Part shown: piece by piece, positions 36,497 through 49,320 of the stretch
Layout: every line of letters starts with the position of its first letter
How positions within the stretch are numbered: the stretch's first letter is position 1
Origin: Phaeosaccion multiseriatum
Taxonomy: Eukaryota; Protista; Ochrophyta, other classes
Assembly (NCBI GenBank): GCA_965112735.1
Contig: OZ218954.1
Coordinates: 1,240,001-1,304,000, forward strand
DNA: 64,000 nt
Reading direction: 5' to 3'
Position numbers and translations under genes: made by a program
The notes under the pieces: generated by a model
Database searches by the model: none
Seen by the model: only the letters and a program-made list of their open reading frames with translations
What the model was told of the DNA's origin: nothing

Positions 36497-38520
36497 ACAC
36501 TCACGGTTTCAGCACACCTCTTGATTGAGAATCCTCGGAGAGAGATCAGGTCAAAAACATTTGAGTACAATGAAATCCCAACTCCACCCGGAAGCCCTCA
36601 TCTCGTACCTGCACGTGGTATCTTATGGGGGGCCACCTCACGGGGGTTGCGTCGTCCGTCGTCGCTGTATACACGCTGCTCGCCTCAGACGCACCGTCAT
36701 ACCCGGCCCTTGTCCCATGCAATGTTGTTGCTGCTGCTGCTGCTGCCACATCTGAATCTGAAGGGGAAAGCGAAACTGAAACTTGTGTTGCAGATACAGC
36801 CCCCGCTTGGGAAAGGGTCCCTTGAGAGGAGGAGGCCTCACTTTCAGGGGCTGTGCCTGAGCCGCTGGATGAGGAGGTCTGGGACGGTACCAAGAGGATA
36901 TGGATGGAGGTATATTGATACCAAGAGGATATGGATGGAAGCACACACGGGGACGGAGGGGTGGTGGTGGTCGTGGAGGTGGGGGGAGGGAAAGAAAGAG
37001 ACGTGGGGAGGGAAGGGAGGGGTTTAGAGAGAGAGAGAGAGCGAGAGAGCGAGAGAGCGAAGAGACAAGAAGATGCTGAGACGGCACACACCAAAGGCTG
37101 AGAGAGGCAGGGAGGTAGGTAGGGTACGGTAGGCAGGTAGAAAGGGTATGTAGGTAGACAGGTAGTTACGTAGAGAACACGAGGCACACCCAACGCCGTC
37201 CACCTGCTGCGGTAGGCCGAGCCGCACACGAACTTCATCGGCCGACATTCGGTTGGTGACGTCATCCTTGTTGGCCATCACCAGCACCACCCTGGAGGGC
37301 AGAAAGTAAGGCAGGCAGTCAGGCACGCAGGCACGCAGGCACACAGGCAAGCAGTCAGGCAACGAGGCAGCGAGGCAGCGAGGCAGCGAGGCAGAGAGGC
37401 AGGAATGCAGTAATGCAGTTACTTTAGAGGCAGGGAGACAGTGAGGCAGGGAGTGGAAATGGCACGTACTTGCACGTGCTACAGTCGGGGTGTGTAACGA
37501 TCCTTCTGAGCTCCTCCCTTGCCTCTCTCAGACGCTCCTTGTCAGAAGAGTCCACTACATAGATCAAGCCTGAGAGAGAGGGAGGGTGGGAGGAGGAGGA
37601 GGAGGAGGAGGAGGAGGAGGAGGAGCGGGAGAGGGAGGGAGGAGGAGGAAGGAGAGGGAGGAGGGAGGGAGAGAGGGAGGAGGAGGAGAGAGGGGTGGGC
37701 GGGAGGGAGGGAGGGAAGGAGGGTGGGAGGCACGGAGGGAGGGAGGGAGGGAGGGAGGGAGGGAGGGAGGGAGGGAGGGAGGGAGGGAGGGAGGGAGGGG
37801 TGTGAGATTCTTAGGCACTGCGTCCTGAACGAGGCACCGTGAAAAACTCCAGACAGAGGATTAGACAGCTTAGTTGCTTGCCCTCTCGAGGTGCGGCTCG
37901 AGGATGGCACTTGATGGGCACTCGATGAGATCTCTCGATGGGGCAAAAGCTCACCTTCTATATCCTTGAGGTAGTGGCACCAGAGGGCTCTTATCTTTGC
38001 CTGCCCTCCAAGGTCCCACATGGTCAGACGAATGCCCATGTAGTCGACTTCTTCGACGTTGAATCCCACTGGGCACGGTACAGAGCATGCATCGAAAGGA
38101 GAAGGATCGGGAGAGAGAGAAGTGTGAGTGTGTGTGAAAGGAGGGGCGGAGGAGACGGAGAGAGAACGAAGCGTTAGGGGAAGAGAGAGGCGAGAAAGAA
38201 CCATCGCCAACGTCTAATAGGGGCTGCGGGCAGGCAAGGAGAGATGAGACATTTAGTCTCCAAAGCATCGGCGTCACCAGAAAGAAGCAACAGGGAAAAG
38301 AGAGGACGCGCATCGACACCGAAGCAAAGCCTCGATGCCTTCCTTGCCTGTGGGCTTGGTGCTGACGACCAGCTCCTGCGCAGAACCCAGCATCTTGTAA
38401 AGGATCGTGGTCTTGCCAGCACCATCCAGGCCCTTGGAAGGGAGAGAGGGAGAGTGAGGGAGAGAGAGAGAGAGAGAGAACAAAGAGAGAGGACAGAAAA
38501 AAAGGACAGAGAAAGAAAGC

Positions 38521-38552
<32 letters not shown>

Positions 38553-38760
38553 AGAAGCAGCGGCAGAGAGTACAGAGAGCGAGAGAGCGAGGGAGGGGCA
38601 GCGAGAGAAGGAGGTCAAGCTGATGCAGAGGGGTACGGCCGGGGGGAAAGAAGTGTTCTAAGATATGACAGGCGAGTTTTCCTGCCTCTCTATTCTTCTG
38701 CAGGCACTTCCTCACCAGCATGACGAGCCTCATGGACACCTTTCCCATGGTGCAACCCAT
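36191..38760 (-). CDS. Arf/Arl-family small GTPase with a large internal insertion
   Basis: N-terminal MGC, G1 [18 protein letters not shown]3 [16 protein letters not shown]4 ANKDD, G5 [13 protein letters not shown]. Extra exon 36878-36609. Intron 38347-38069 has a GC donor. Confidence 0.88.
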
Positions 38761-39220
38761 CGCCCCCGCTCTCTCTCTCTCCGTAGAGATTTCGGGGGGG
38801 GGGGGGGTATAGGGGGGGATGTCAGGGCGCGTCAATTTTTGGATCACCAACACACGAGCTTTTTGTTTGTTTTGTTTTTTGTTTTTGTTTTCTTCTCTCT
38901 TCACCTGTGCAGGTGATGGAATCGATGATGTATCGGACTCTAGCAGGGCAGGGCATTCGCTGTGAGCCTATACTTGTTTTCTTCACTCGGAGGAGAGGGG
39001 CGCACCTGGGGCGAACCCAGGGGAATAACGCAGGGGAAGAAGAGACAGCGCAGATGGCACCAGAACGTGCAAGTCTTCAGAGTAGGCAATAGAAAACCTT
39101 ACTCCCTACTCCACTCTCCTGCTGTATACATAAAGATTCTCCTCATGCATATGAACCCCCCCCCCCCTCCTCCTCCTCCTCCTCCTCCTCCTCCTCCTTC
39201 CCGCCCCTCTCTACTCCCCC

Positions 39221-40616
39221 TCACTCCGGTATCGCCACCTCTGCGTTCCCTCCCCCTCCCCCCCCTCCCCCGCCCCCCCCCCTGCTCGCTCTCCCCACCG
39301 CCTTACTCGCCCGCCTCGCGGCCCCTGCGCTTGCCGAGCTCCCTACCCCATGCCCTTTTCCTCCCCCGGTCTTGACATTGCCCGTCTTGGTGTCCACAAT
39401 CTGGAAACCTGACAAGAACTCGTCGTAGCTCAACTTGCCATCCCCGTCTCCATCCAGTGCCGACATCATGGCGTCTATCTGATCCTCTGTCACTACGCCA
39501 TCGAACACCGCGCTCATGCTCTTTAAACCTTTGCTAAACTCCTCCCTCGACACCACTCCGTCGTTGTTAACGTCAAAGGAACGGAAGGTGGAGGCGATGT
39601 GTTGACGGTTCTGATACATGAAGTTGGCGATGGACTGAATCACGCCCTCTTGCCACCCCACCTTGTCGCCTGCAGTGTGATGTGGGAGGTAGGTAGGTAG
39701 GTGGGTAGGTAGGTGGGCAGGTAGGCAGGCAGGTAGGTAGGTAGGTAGGTAGGTAGGTAGGTGGGTAGGTAGTTACGTACGTAGGAAAGTAAGAAGGAGG
39801 GGGGGGTTCGAGTAGTGTAAGTAGTATAGGGGAGGGACACGTGAGTAGGGATGGAGAAAGAAACATGAGTGACCATGACGTTGGTATATACTCCCCCCTC
39901 CCCCATGGAAGATGCACAGACAAAATACGACTACTCGGGGGTACCAAGTACCAAAGGTAGACCGAGAAGAAGAAAGTCCCAAAAAAACAAAAAAACAAAA
40001 AAACAGACTGTGCGTGGGGGTTATAGGTTCTTCTCACCTTCGGCGTCTCCTCCTCCTCCTCCTCCTCCTACTCCCTCCCGCTGCTCCTCCCCTCCTGCTG
40101 CTGTTGCGACTGCGTTGAGCGCATCGCCAGCGGTGACCGTGACGCTCTGCCGCCCCACAGAGCCCTTTCTGTCCAACACCTTCATGCCGTTACAGAATTC
40201 CCCTTTGCTCACCTTCCCATCCCCGTCCGTATCCATGTACTTTGCTATTTGTCGCAGCGTGTCTGCGTCAATGCCTGCCGCCACAGGTGTCAGACCTGCA
40301 ACGAAGTCCTCGTACGACAAGACAGATAAACCAGCTCCACCCCCCCCCTCTTCGGCAGCCTCCACCGCCATTTTGAGAAGCTGAGCAAAGGCATTGTCTG
40401 CCGTGTTCCAGTGCCTAAGCACGGCGTTCACGAGGCCCCTCATAGCGACTGACATCTCAAGGGAGGCGCGAGATGAAGGCGTATCCGCGAGGCCGCGGGA
40501 CGCGTTTGCACTCCCAATCTTGTCAAACACCAGCTGTGTTTGTTTACACATAATTCACATACACATGCACAAGCACACGCACACGCGCGCACACACACAC
40601 GCACGCACACACACAA

Positions 40617-40676
<60 letters not shown>

Positions 40677-41387
40677 GGGTTGTGTGAGCTCCACCGCGCC
40701 GGAGAAAAAGGGTGTCTCACTCACTACCCCATGCCCTCCCCTCCCATCCCCTCCCCTCACGTCACGCACCTCGAATCTGCTGGCGAACTCGTCTACATCT
40801 ATCAAGCTGTCGTTGTCCTTGTCCAGCCCGCGCATCAGCTCGAAGATCTGCCACGCAGCAGAACAAAAAGCAAAGAGCAGTTTAGTTTCAGTTTCCCTTT
40901 GACTAAACAAAGAGTGAGTTCACCCGAACACGCGTGCTAGTACTTCTAGTAGTATCGATCAGACGTCAGACGAAGTCCACATGTGTGTACGATCGAGATC
41001 GGTATGAAACGCTTCTTTGATGTGACTGACTGACTGACTGACTGACTGACTGACTGACTGAATGACTGACTGACTGACCTGCGTGTCTGAGAGGCCAATG
41101 TCGAGGAGCTGCAGCGTCCTCACGAACTCCCCATACTCAATCTTGCCGTCCCCGTCCACATCGAAGGCCTTGAAGGCTGCATCCATGTTGCCGGCTGAGG
41201 GGAGGGGCAGGAAAGGGGAGGCGTGGATGGGGAGGGAGGAAAGTATGTTGTTGATGATGATGATGATGATGATGATGATGAGGATGATGATGATGATGAT
41301 GAAGATGATGATGATGATGATGATGATAATGATGATGATGATGATGAGGATGAGGATGATGATGATGATGATGATAATGATGATGAC

Positions 41388-41432
<45 letters not shown>

Positions 41433-42449
41433 AATGATGATGATGATGATGAGGATGATGTTGTTGTTGATTATGATGATGAGGATGATATTGTTGTTGA
41501 TGATGATGATCATGATGATGATGATGAATGATGATAATGATGATGGTGATGGTGATGATGATGTACGCACGTAAGGGTGGTGGTTATACAGGAGATCGGC
41601 CGCCCCTCGGCTGCCATCAGCAGAAAAAGTTCCCCTCCTCCCCTCCCCCCCTTCCCCTTACCTCCGACAGCCACGTAGATCTTCTCACAGATGCAGTCGA
41701 TGACGTTGTCCTGCCACTCTCCGCTACCCAGTCCCCCCACCTGCACTCTGTACCGCTCCAGGAAGTGAGTGTAGTTGATGCTGCCGTCCTCCTCCGTGTC
41801 CACAAGCTTGTCCAGGAAGGACAGGTAGGGCTGTGGGTGTGTGAGAAAGAGAGAGAGTGTGCGTGAGTGTGTGTGTGTGTGTGAGTAAAGAGAGAGAGTG
41901 TGTGTGAGTGTGTGTGTGTGTGAGAGAAAGAGAGAGAGAATGTGAGTGTGAGAATGTGCGTGTGCGGCACCTCCTGACTCAGCCACTGACAGGGCACTCC
42001 CTCCCTCAGTGCGCTGCAGTCGCCCCCCCTCGCCCCTTCTCTCCCTCCCTCCCTTCCTCCACTCACCAAGTCCAGTTGCAGTATAAGTTTCAGGCTCTTG
42101 GCCCACTGCAGCCGTGAACACTTGCCCGTCTTGTCCTTATCCTGCCGTGTAAAGTGCCAGTAGAGCGAGGGCTTGTTGTCAATGATCTGCTCGATGATCA
42201 TCTTGACTGCATCCTCCTCAAGCTTCTCGTCCTGCTCCAGCTGCTGCTCCGGCGTGTCCCAGTGTGTCTCTGTGACGGAGTGTGCGTAGAACTGCTGTAT
42301 CTCGGGCTGCAGATCGGCCCCGATGTTCATAAAGGCGCCCTGTGTGTGTAAGTGTGTGAGTGTGTGTGTGTGTGTGTAAGTGTGTGTGTGTATGTGTGTG
42401 TGTGTGTGTAAGTGTGTGAGTGTGTGTGTGTATGTGTGTGTGTGTGTAA

Positions 42450-42494
<45 letters not shown>

Positions 42495-45400
42495 TGTGTG
42501 TGTGCACGTGCGTGTGCGTGAGCTCCGCACCCCTTTGAGTTTCGGATCGAATCCCTTCCTTGCCTGTTGTTCTGCACCTCCCCTTGCCCCCACCCACTGC
42601 CATACAGTGCCATCCCTCCCCCCCCGGGTCCATTGCCATCCCTCCCCATCCCACCCACTGTCATACAGTGCCATCCCTCCCCCTCGTTACCTTATTGTTC
42701 TGCAGTCCGCAGTAGCGACTTGCCGAGAAGAGCGTGATGAGCCTCCCTGCGTGCAACATCTCGAAGCCCTCCCTCACGCACTGTTCAAGTCAAGTCAAGT
42801 CAGTCAAGTCAGTCAGTCAGTCAGTCAGATAGTCAGTTAGTCAGTCAGTCAGTCAGTCGGACAGTCAGTCAGTCAGACGATCAGTCAGTCGGTCAGTCAG
42901 TCCGTCAGTCAGTTCGTCAGTCCGTGAGTCAGTCCGTCAGTCAGTCCGTCAGTCCGTCAGTCAGACAGAAAAGTATGTGTCACTTTTAACGAAGAGAGAT
43001 CAATGAAGATAAAACGGAAGTGTCCTACGAAAATACGTAAGTGCTGACCGCTCTCCATCTGCCGTTACGTACTGTTACGTACTTCGTGGCTGCGTATGAT
43101 GAGGGCGGCGTGGTTGCTGCGCAAGAACTCATGTGTAACGTCTTGCCCAAACTCCACCCCTGCCCCCCTGGAGCTCAGCTGCCGGCCCTGGATGGGGCGG
43201 GGATCGCTCCACAGCATGGCCTCGAACAGCTGAGAGTATGACCAAGCAGGCGTATTGGCAGGTAGGCGTATGGGCGGGTAGGCATATGGGCATGGGCAGG
43301 TGAATGAGCAGGGACAGGGCAGGGCCGGGCAGGGAAGGGAGGTGAGAGGGAGGGGAGGGGAGGGAAGGGAAGGGAAGAGGAGGGGAGGGGAGAGGAAAGG
43401 GATGAGAAGGTCCAAGGGGAAGTGGGTACGGGTTTGGTGGTGATGGTGGTGGTGGTGGTGGTGGTGGTGGTGGAAGTAGCGGTGGTGGCTGGGGTAAGAA
43501 AAGATGGGTGAGGTGTACAACATCACTACTGTTCCTACGAAACCTATGCGTCTTGTGCACCACAAACCTGGTCCTCGAAGGACCTCGAATGAATGGGCGG
43601 CTCTCTGCGGCGGTTGATGCCCTCGATGTGGTCCAGAGACACCCCGTCATTGTGGAACAACCCCCCGTGCACCACAAAGATCTTGTCTTGCACCAGGGCA
43701 CAGAGAGGGAGGGCATCAAAGAACTCGTGGCACTTGGTCAGCAGCAAACGGCCCTGTGTCAGTCAGTCAGGCCAGTGAAGGCGGAGAGGGGGGGGGAAGG
43801 AGGAGGAGGAAGGAGGGGGGGCGGGATGACGACGACGACGACGACAACGACGACGAGGAGGAGGACAGACAGTTAATTGACGTGAGGGACGCGTATCATC
43901 ACCAAGCCATGTCATGTTGGTTATATATATACAGACCGGTATACCGTACCTGTGGACCTTCGTACTTTTCGAGCATCTCCTCTTCAAAGCCCATGAGTCT
44001 GTTCTGCTGTCTGCACTCGTGGTTGCCTCTGTTCAACAGCACTGTGGTGGGGTATAGCACCTTTAGGGCTAGCAGGGTGAAAAGCACCTCAGCACTGAGG
44101 AGGAGAAGGAGGAGGGGGTTGGAGGGGGGGTTGGTGAGGGGCGAGAAGAGGAAGAAAAAGGAGGAGGAGGAGGAGGAGGAGGAGGAGGAGGAGGAGGAGG
44201 AGGCCAAATCCAGGTACTGACGGACGGAAGGAACTAACACTCTACTCTACTCTCTCGACTCCCCACCTCCTCCCCCCTGCCCCTCCCTCCCTCCCTTGTC
44301 TCCGTGTATCACCAACTGGCTCACCTGTTCTCCCCTCTGTCAACGAAGTCCCCGTTAAAGAGGTAGGCCGAGGTTGGCCCCGGCAGTCCGTTGATGGTGA
44401 AGATGCTGTATAGGTCCTGGAGTAGTAAGCAACAACACACAACATAAAACAAGACAACGAATGAATGGTTTAGTGAGCCCCCACGCCCAGAGAAGGCCAG
44501 CACAGCAAAGGAGCCGGCCGCTCCCAAGAGGCAAGGAAGTTCAGTAGCAGAGAGCAAAGCAGAGCAGAGCAGAGCAGAGCAGAGCAGAGCAGAGGAGAGC
44601 ATCATAGACCTTCTCAACAACAATATGGCAACAAGGTCACCACTGGCGTGCCTACCACAAGCCAACCCTTCATTGACTTCCTACACACCTGCAGCTGGCC
44701 GTGAATGTCTCCCACAACAGTGAGCTTTGCGTCCCCCTCCATTTCGTAACGCTGCACTGTTGCCTCCTTGGAGCATATCTCCGCTGCTGCCTGCTCTCCA
44801 CAGAGGGGGGGGCAGAGTTCAAGTGTGTGTGTATGTATGTATGTATGTATGTATGTATGTATGTATGTATGTATGTATGTATGTATGTATGTATGTATGT
44901 ATGTGTTTATATGTGTGGGTAGGTGTGTACGTATGTGTGTATGCATGTGTGTATGTGTGGGTAGGTGTGTATGTATGTGTGTATACGTGTGTGTATGTAT
45001 GTGTGGGTAGGTGTGTATGTATGTGTGTATACGTGTGTGTATGTATGTGTGTGTGTGTGGGGGGGGGGGTGAGGTATGTAAGTGTGTGTGTGTCAAGGAC
45101 AAGGAGGAAGAGAGCAGCTGTAACTGACTCACCTCCTTCCCATCCTCTCTCCTCCCCTCCCTCCCTCTCTCCCTCTACTCACCGTGACTAGCTCTGAGGC
45201 GAAGCTGACATGCAGCTCCTTGTCGGTCTTAAAGGCTTCCATCATGGCAAGCACTTGGTCTCTGTCCAGCGGAAATGTCAGCACCGGCCCGTCATAGTCG
45301 TCCTCCACCTGAGGGGGGTCAAGTAAGGATAAGTAACGCTACGTAAGGTAAAGTGAGTGTACAGCGGTGGGTTTCGTCCACGAGTAGGGTAGTAGAGTGC

Positions 45401-46570
45401 TTGGTTGGAAGGTTGGCTGGTCGGGATTGCAAGCGTTACGAGTGTTACGGGTGAGTGGGGGTAAGGAGGATGGGCAAAAGGAGTGGGGGCACACGTGGGT
45501 GGGCGGTTGGGTGGGTAGGGAAAGGAAGGAAGGAGGGAGAATGGGAGGGATGGAGAGGGGGCGGGGAGAGAGCGAGAGAAGAGGAAGAGAGGGAGGGAGG
45601 AAGGGAGCGAGCGAGCGATACTGTCTGGAGCTCCCCTCTCTTCCTCCTCCTCCTCCTCCCCCTCCTCCCCCTCCTCCTCCTCCTCCTCATCCTCCTCCTC
45701 CTCCTCCTCCTCCTTCTCCTCCCCCCCCTCCTCCTCCTCCTCCTCCTCCTCCTCCTCCTCCTCCTCCCCCTCCTCCTCCTCCTCCTCCTCCTCCTTGCCT
45801 AGCTGCTGCGCCATCCAGTGCCATCCAAGCTTACCTCCACCTCTATATCTGGTGTCCTAGGGGCGTGTTTATAGTCAGCCTCGAAAAGAGACTTCATTTG
45901 CAGTGAGCGCTTGATGGCCAGAGACTCATTCATGTTATCGAGCTTGTTCCACGTCTGTAAGAGGGAGGGAGGGAGGGAGCGAGGGAGGGAGTGGAGTGAG
46001 TGAGTTGAGTGCGTTAAGTGAGTGAGTGAGTGGAAGAGTGAGTGAGTGAGTGGAGTGAGTGGGTCAAGTGAGTCAGTTGAGTGAGTCGATTGAGTGGGTG
46101 GGTGAGGAAGTGAGGTGAGTGAGTGTGTGGGTGAACGTGAGTGTGCGGGAGGGTGAGTGGGTGAATCGGCGAGCGAGGAAGTGAGTGAATGGGAATGGGT
46201 GAGTGAGCATGACGCTTCTCCCTCTCCCCGTCTCTCCTTCCCCACCCTCCACACGCCCACACACCGCACGTACCGCCGCGTTCCTCTCCTTGGTCGCCAA
46301 CTTGGAGTCATGCAGCCGCCTCGTCATGCTCTGGACTCTGCTGGCAGCGCCATCTGCGGCGCTCTGTAGGACCACCCGGTGGCTCTGCACCAGCATCCCA
46401 TGCCCCGCCTCAACCTTAAAGTACTCCACACCGCCCTTGGTGCCGTCCCTTCCTTGTTCTGACTCGAAGCCCTCCTCCTCGGGTGGGAGCTCCTCGAGCT
46501 CCAATCCGATGACTTGACCCTCCAAACCCTCCACCGGGCCGATATAGCGCACCTCCTGTGGGGAGGAGGA

Positions 46571-46615
<45 letters not shown>

Positions 46616-47021
46616 GTATGTTGCGTTATGGTACGGAGGGAGGGGGTGTGGGGTGTGAGAGGGAGGTGCTCCATTCATTCCGTACAGTGAGGTGTGTCCT
46701 AGGAGAAAAAGGGAGGCCCAAGTATGGAGAACGAGATGCAGATGTAGTAGGAAAGCTATGATATATCGCGTTTTAAGTTTCGAATGATGGAGAGAACAGG
46801 GAAGGGTGGAGAGTGGAGAGTGCTGCAGCAACAAGGCACGGCAAATAGAGAGAAAATGTAGGTAAAAAAGCCCCCCTCTCCCTCCCTCCCTCCCTCTCCC
46901 CCCATCACTCCCTCACTCCCTCACTCACCCCTCTTAGTTTGTGGTCCACGTACACCGCCGCGCCAATCTCGAACTCCATGTCCTCCTCCTCCAGGTTCTC
47001 TTCCTTGACCTCATCCCCCAT
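39221..47021 (-). CDS. PPEF: PPEF/rdgC-type Ser/Thr protein phosphatase with an N-terminal CAP-Gly-like domain and multiple C-terminal EF-hands
   Basis: About 15 exons, all GT-AG. PPP motifs GDIHGQ, GDFVDRG, RGNHE, HGG, LWSDP, IIRSHE, TLFSASRY. EF-hands DVDGDGKIEYGE, DKDNDSLIDVDE, DTDGDGKVSKGE, DVNNDGVVSREE, DGDGDGKLSYDE. N-terminus GEVRYIGPV..VIGLEL..GRDGTKGGVEYFKVEAGHGMLV. Confidence 0.9.
41253..41562 (+). repeat. Long imperfect (GAT)n trinucleotide array in a PPEF intron
   Basis: About 100 units. It is the source of the poly-M, poly-D and poly-I spurious ORFs. Confidence 0.95.
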
Positions 47022-47191
47022 AGCCAGGGCACCACCCCTGGACGGCTTGTCTTGTGCTCAGATATCCCCCTCCAGCAACCAACCCCAACACCCAGACAGT
47101 GTGCGGAAAGTAGCACTTTTCTCAATAGAGAGAGCTGCCAAACACAAGCGCACAAGTCGCTGAAGTCGCCCACCTTGACCGGAAAGCCGTC

Positions 47192-47238
<47 letters not shown>

Positions 47239-47469
47239 ACGATTGCCCAGCTGCAGCCCGATATCTCAATACACACGGAAGGGTAGAGGCTTTTTCTTAC
47301 CTCTTTTTCTCTCTCTCTATCAATTTTTTTTGTCGGATGAGGATCCGTTTCCTGGGGAAGCTGAAACTCACATTTGCCCTTGTCAACTGCCCTTTCAAAT
47401 CACAAATCGAGCCCGCTTCAAGAAATATAATGGCGCAGGAGAGGCTCTAATCGCCGCCGCTACAGGATC

Positions 47470-49320
47470 ATGGGGGGGTCCAAGGTGAGACCGAGCAGGG
47501 CACAATGTTGCTTCGTTTCATCTTCTCTCCTTTCTTTCCCCCTTCTCTTCCCCCCCCCCTCCCCCCGCCGTCCTCTCTCTCCCTCTCCCGTCATCCCCCC
47601 CCCTTTCTGTCTCTCTCTCGCCATATCTCCATCTCTCCACCCCTACCCGCCCTCTCTCTCTGTCTCTCTCTCTTCTTCTCCTACTCCCCCACCCTCCACC
47701 ACGTTTATTTTTTTATTCTTTCCCTCCCTCACGTTCCTCCCTCCCCCCGCTCCCCCGGCGGGACCCCCGCCGCGCGCCATCTCTCCTTGACTCGCTCTTC
47801 TGCTCACCGAGCAGCGGGCCAGTCGACTGATTGAGGCCATTAAGGCAGGGAGAAGCGATGCCAGCATCATCGCATCAGTCCAAGCTTTGCTGGCCAAGGA
47901 GGGAGGAAGAAAGGCCTGCTTGGACGAGACGCGTGAGGACGGAGTGGGACTACTGGTGGCGGCTGTGTATAACTCAAGGACCAACCTCCTCCGCGCTCTA
48001 CTTAGCCACGGTTGCTCACCAAATGCTGGAGACCGTCCCCCCCTGCTCCTCGCCGCCAGCCTGGGTCACGACGAGGAAGTTGGGGAGCTGATTGCAGCCG
48101 GGGCTGACATTAATCACGGGGACCCGAACGGCCTAACCGCGCTGCGAATGGCTTCGCAAAGTAATCACGGCTCCTCGGTGCGCAGGCTGCTTCTTTCCGG
48201 CGCAGATGTCAATCAAAAGTGTGCAGCTGGTACAGCTCCGCTGGCCGCCGCTGCCAAAAGGGGCCATGTCGACATTGTGAATCAGCTCCTCTCTGCCGGC
48301 GCTGAGGTGAACGCGAGAAACAATGCCAAAGAGACTGCTCTGCACCATGCGGCCGCAAACGGGCACGCAAAGGCCGTGTCTCGGCTGCTCTCCGCGGGGT
48401 GGAATCCGAATGAGGCAACCGAGAGCGGGATAACCCCTCTCCACAGCGCATCAGGAGCAGTCGCGGGGCCCGTGTCCACGTACGTAGGCATTTGTTCTGA
48501 GCTGCTTACGGCCGGGGCAAATGTCCATGCGGTCAATGAAGGTGGCTGTACCCCTTTGCACGAGGCCTGCACCGGCGGGAAGCTCCCAGTGGCACGCAAA
48601 TTGTTGGCAGCGGGTGCGAACGTGAAAGCCGTCGACGCCCTCGGACATACCTGCCTGCACGACGCCGCACATTCTGGGAACAAGCTGCTGGTTAAGGATC
48701 TGCTGGCAGCCGGGGCGCGTCCCGAAGTCTTGAACGCACACGGCCACTCAGCTCTGCACTTCGTCGCGCATGAGAACCAGCCAGGTGTGGCTGAGGCGCT
48801 GCTCGCAGGAGGGGCGGACGTGGATCAACTCAGTTCGCAGAACGCCACTGCCCTGCGAATGGCAGCTCTGAAAGGCCACGACAAAGTCGTCTGCGTGTTG
48901 CTTGCGGCAGGACCCAACATCGATGCTCGGGGCGACCATGGCCAGACCGCTTTGTCGAATGCCGCCATGGGATGGGGAAGTATGCAGGCGAGCCCCGGCA
49001 ACGAGAGGGCGATGAAGGCCTTGCTGGCGGCAGGGGCGTCGGTCTCAGCCGCTATGGAGTGGACGAGCGCTCATCGATGGCTTGCGAGTCCGGGTGCCAC
49101 CCAGCGCCTCTTGGCAGCGGAGAAGCGGTACTGGCTCTCTCTGACAGTGTCGGAGTCAATGCGAAAGTGCGATGCGGCGTTTGGCAAGGAGCAGGGCCTG
49201 TCTCTCTCTGGCTCGTCGGGCAGGAGGGGGAGGAGGAGGAAGAGAAGGGCTGGCGGCGGCATCGCCTCCGAAGGGCTGCAGATCATGGCGGAGGAGATGG
49301 GCGTGCTGGAGGAGACTTGA
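47470..49320 (+). CDS. Ankyrin repeat protein (about 10 repeats)
   Basis: Mini exon 47470-47484 (MGGSK), GT-AG intron, then exon 47815-49320 with repeats such as TALRMASQSNH, TALHHAAANGH, TPLHEACTGG, TCLHDAAHSG, TALRMAALKGH. Confidence 0.9.

Noticed and set aside
40959-41574. Poly-Ile, poly-Met and poly-Asp ORFs
   Set aside because: They come from the intronic (GAT)n repeat between two PPEF exons.
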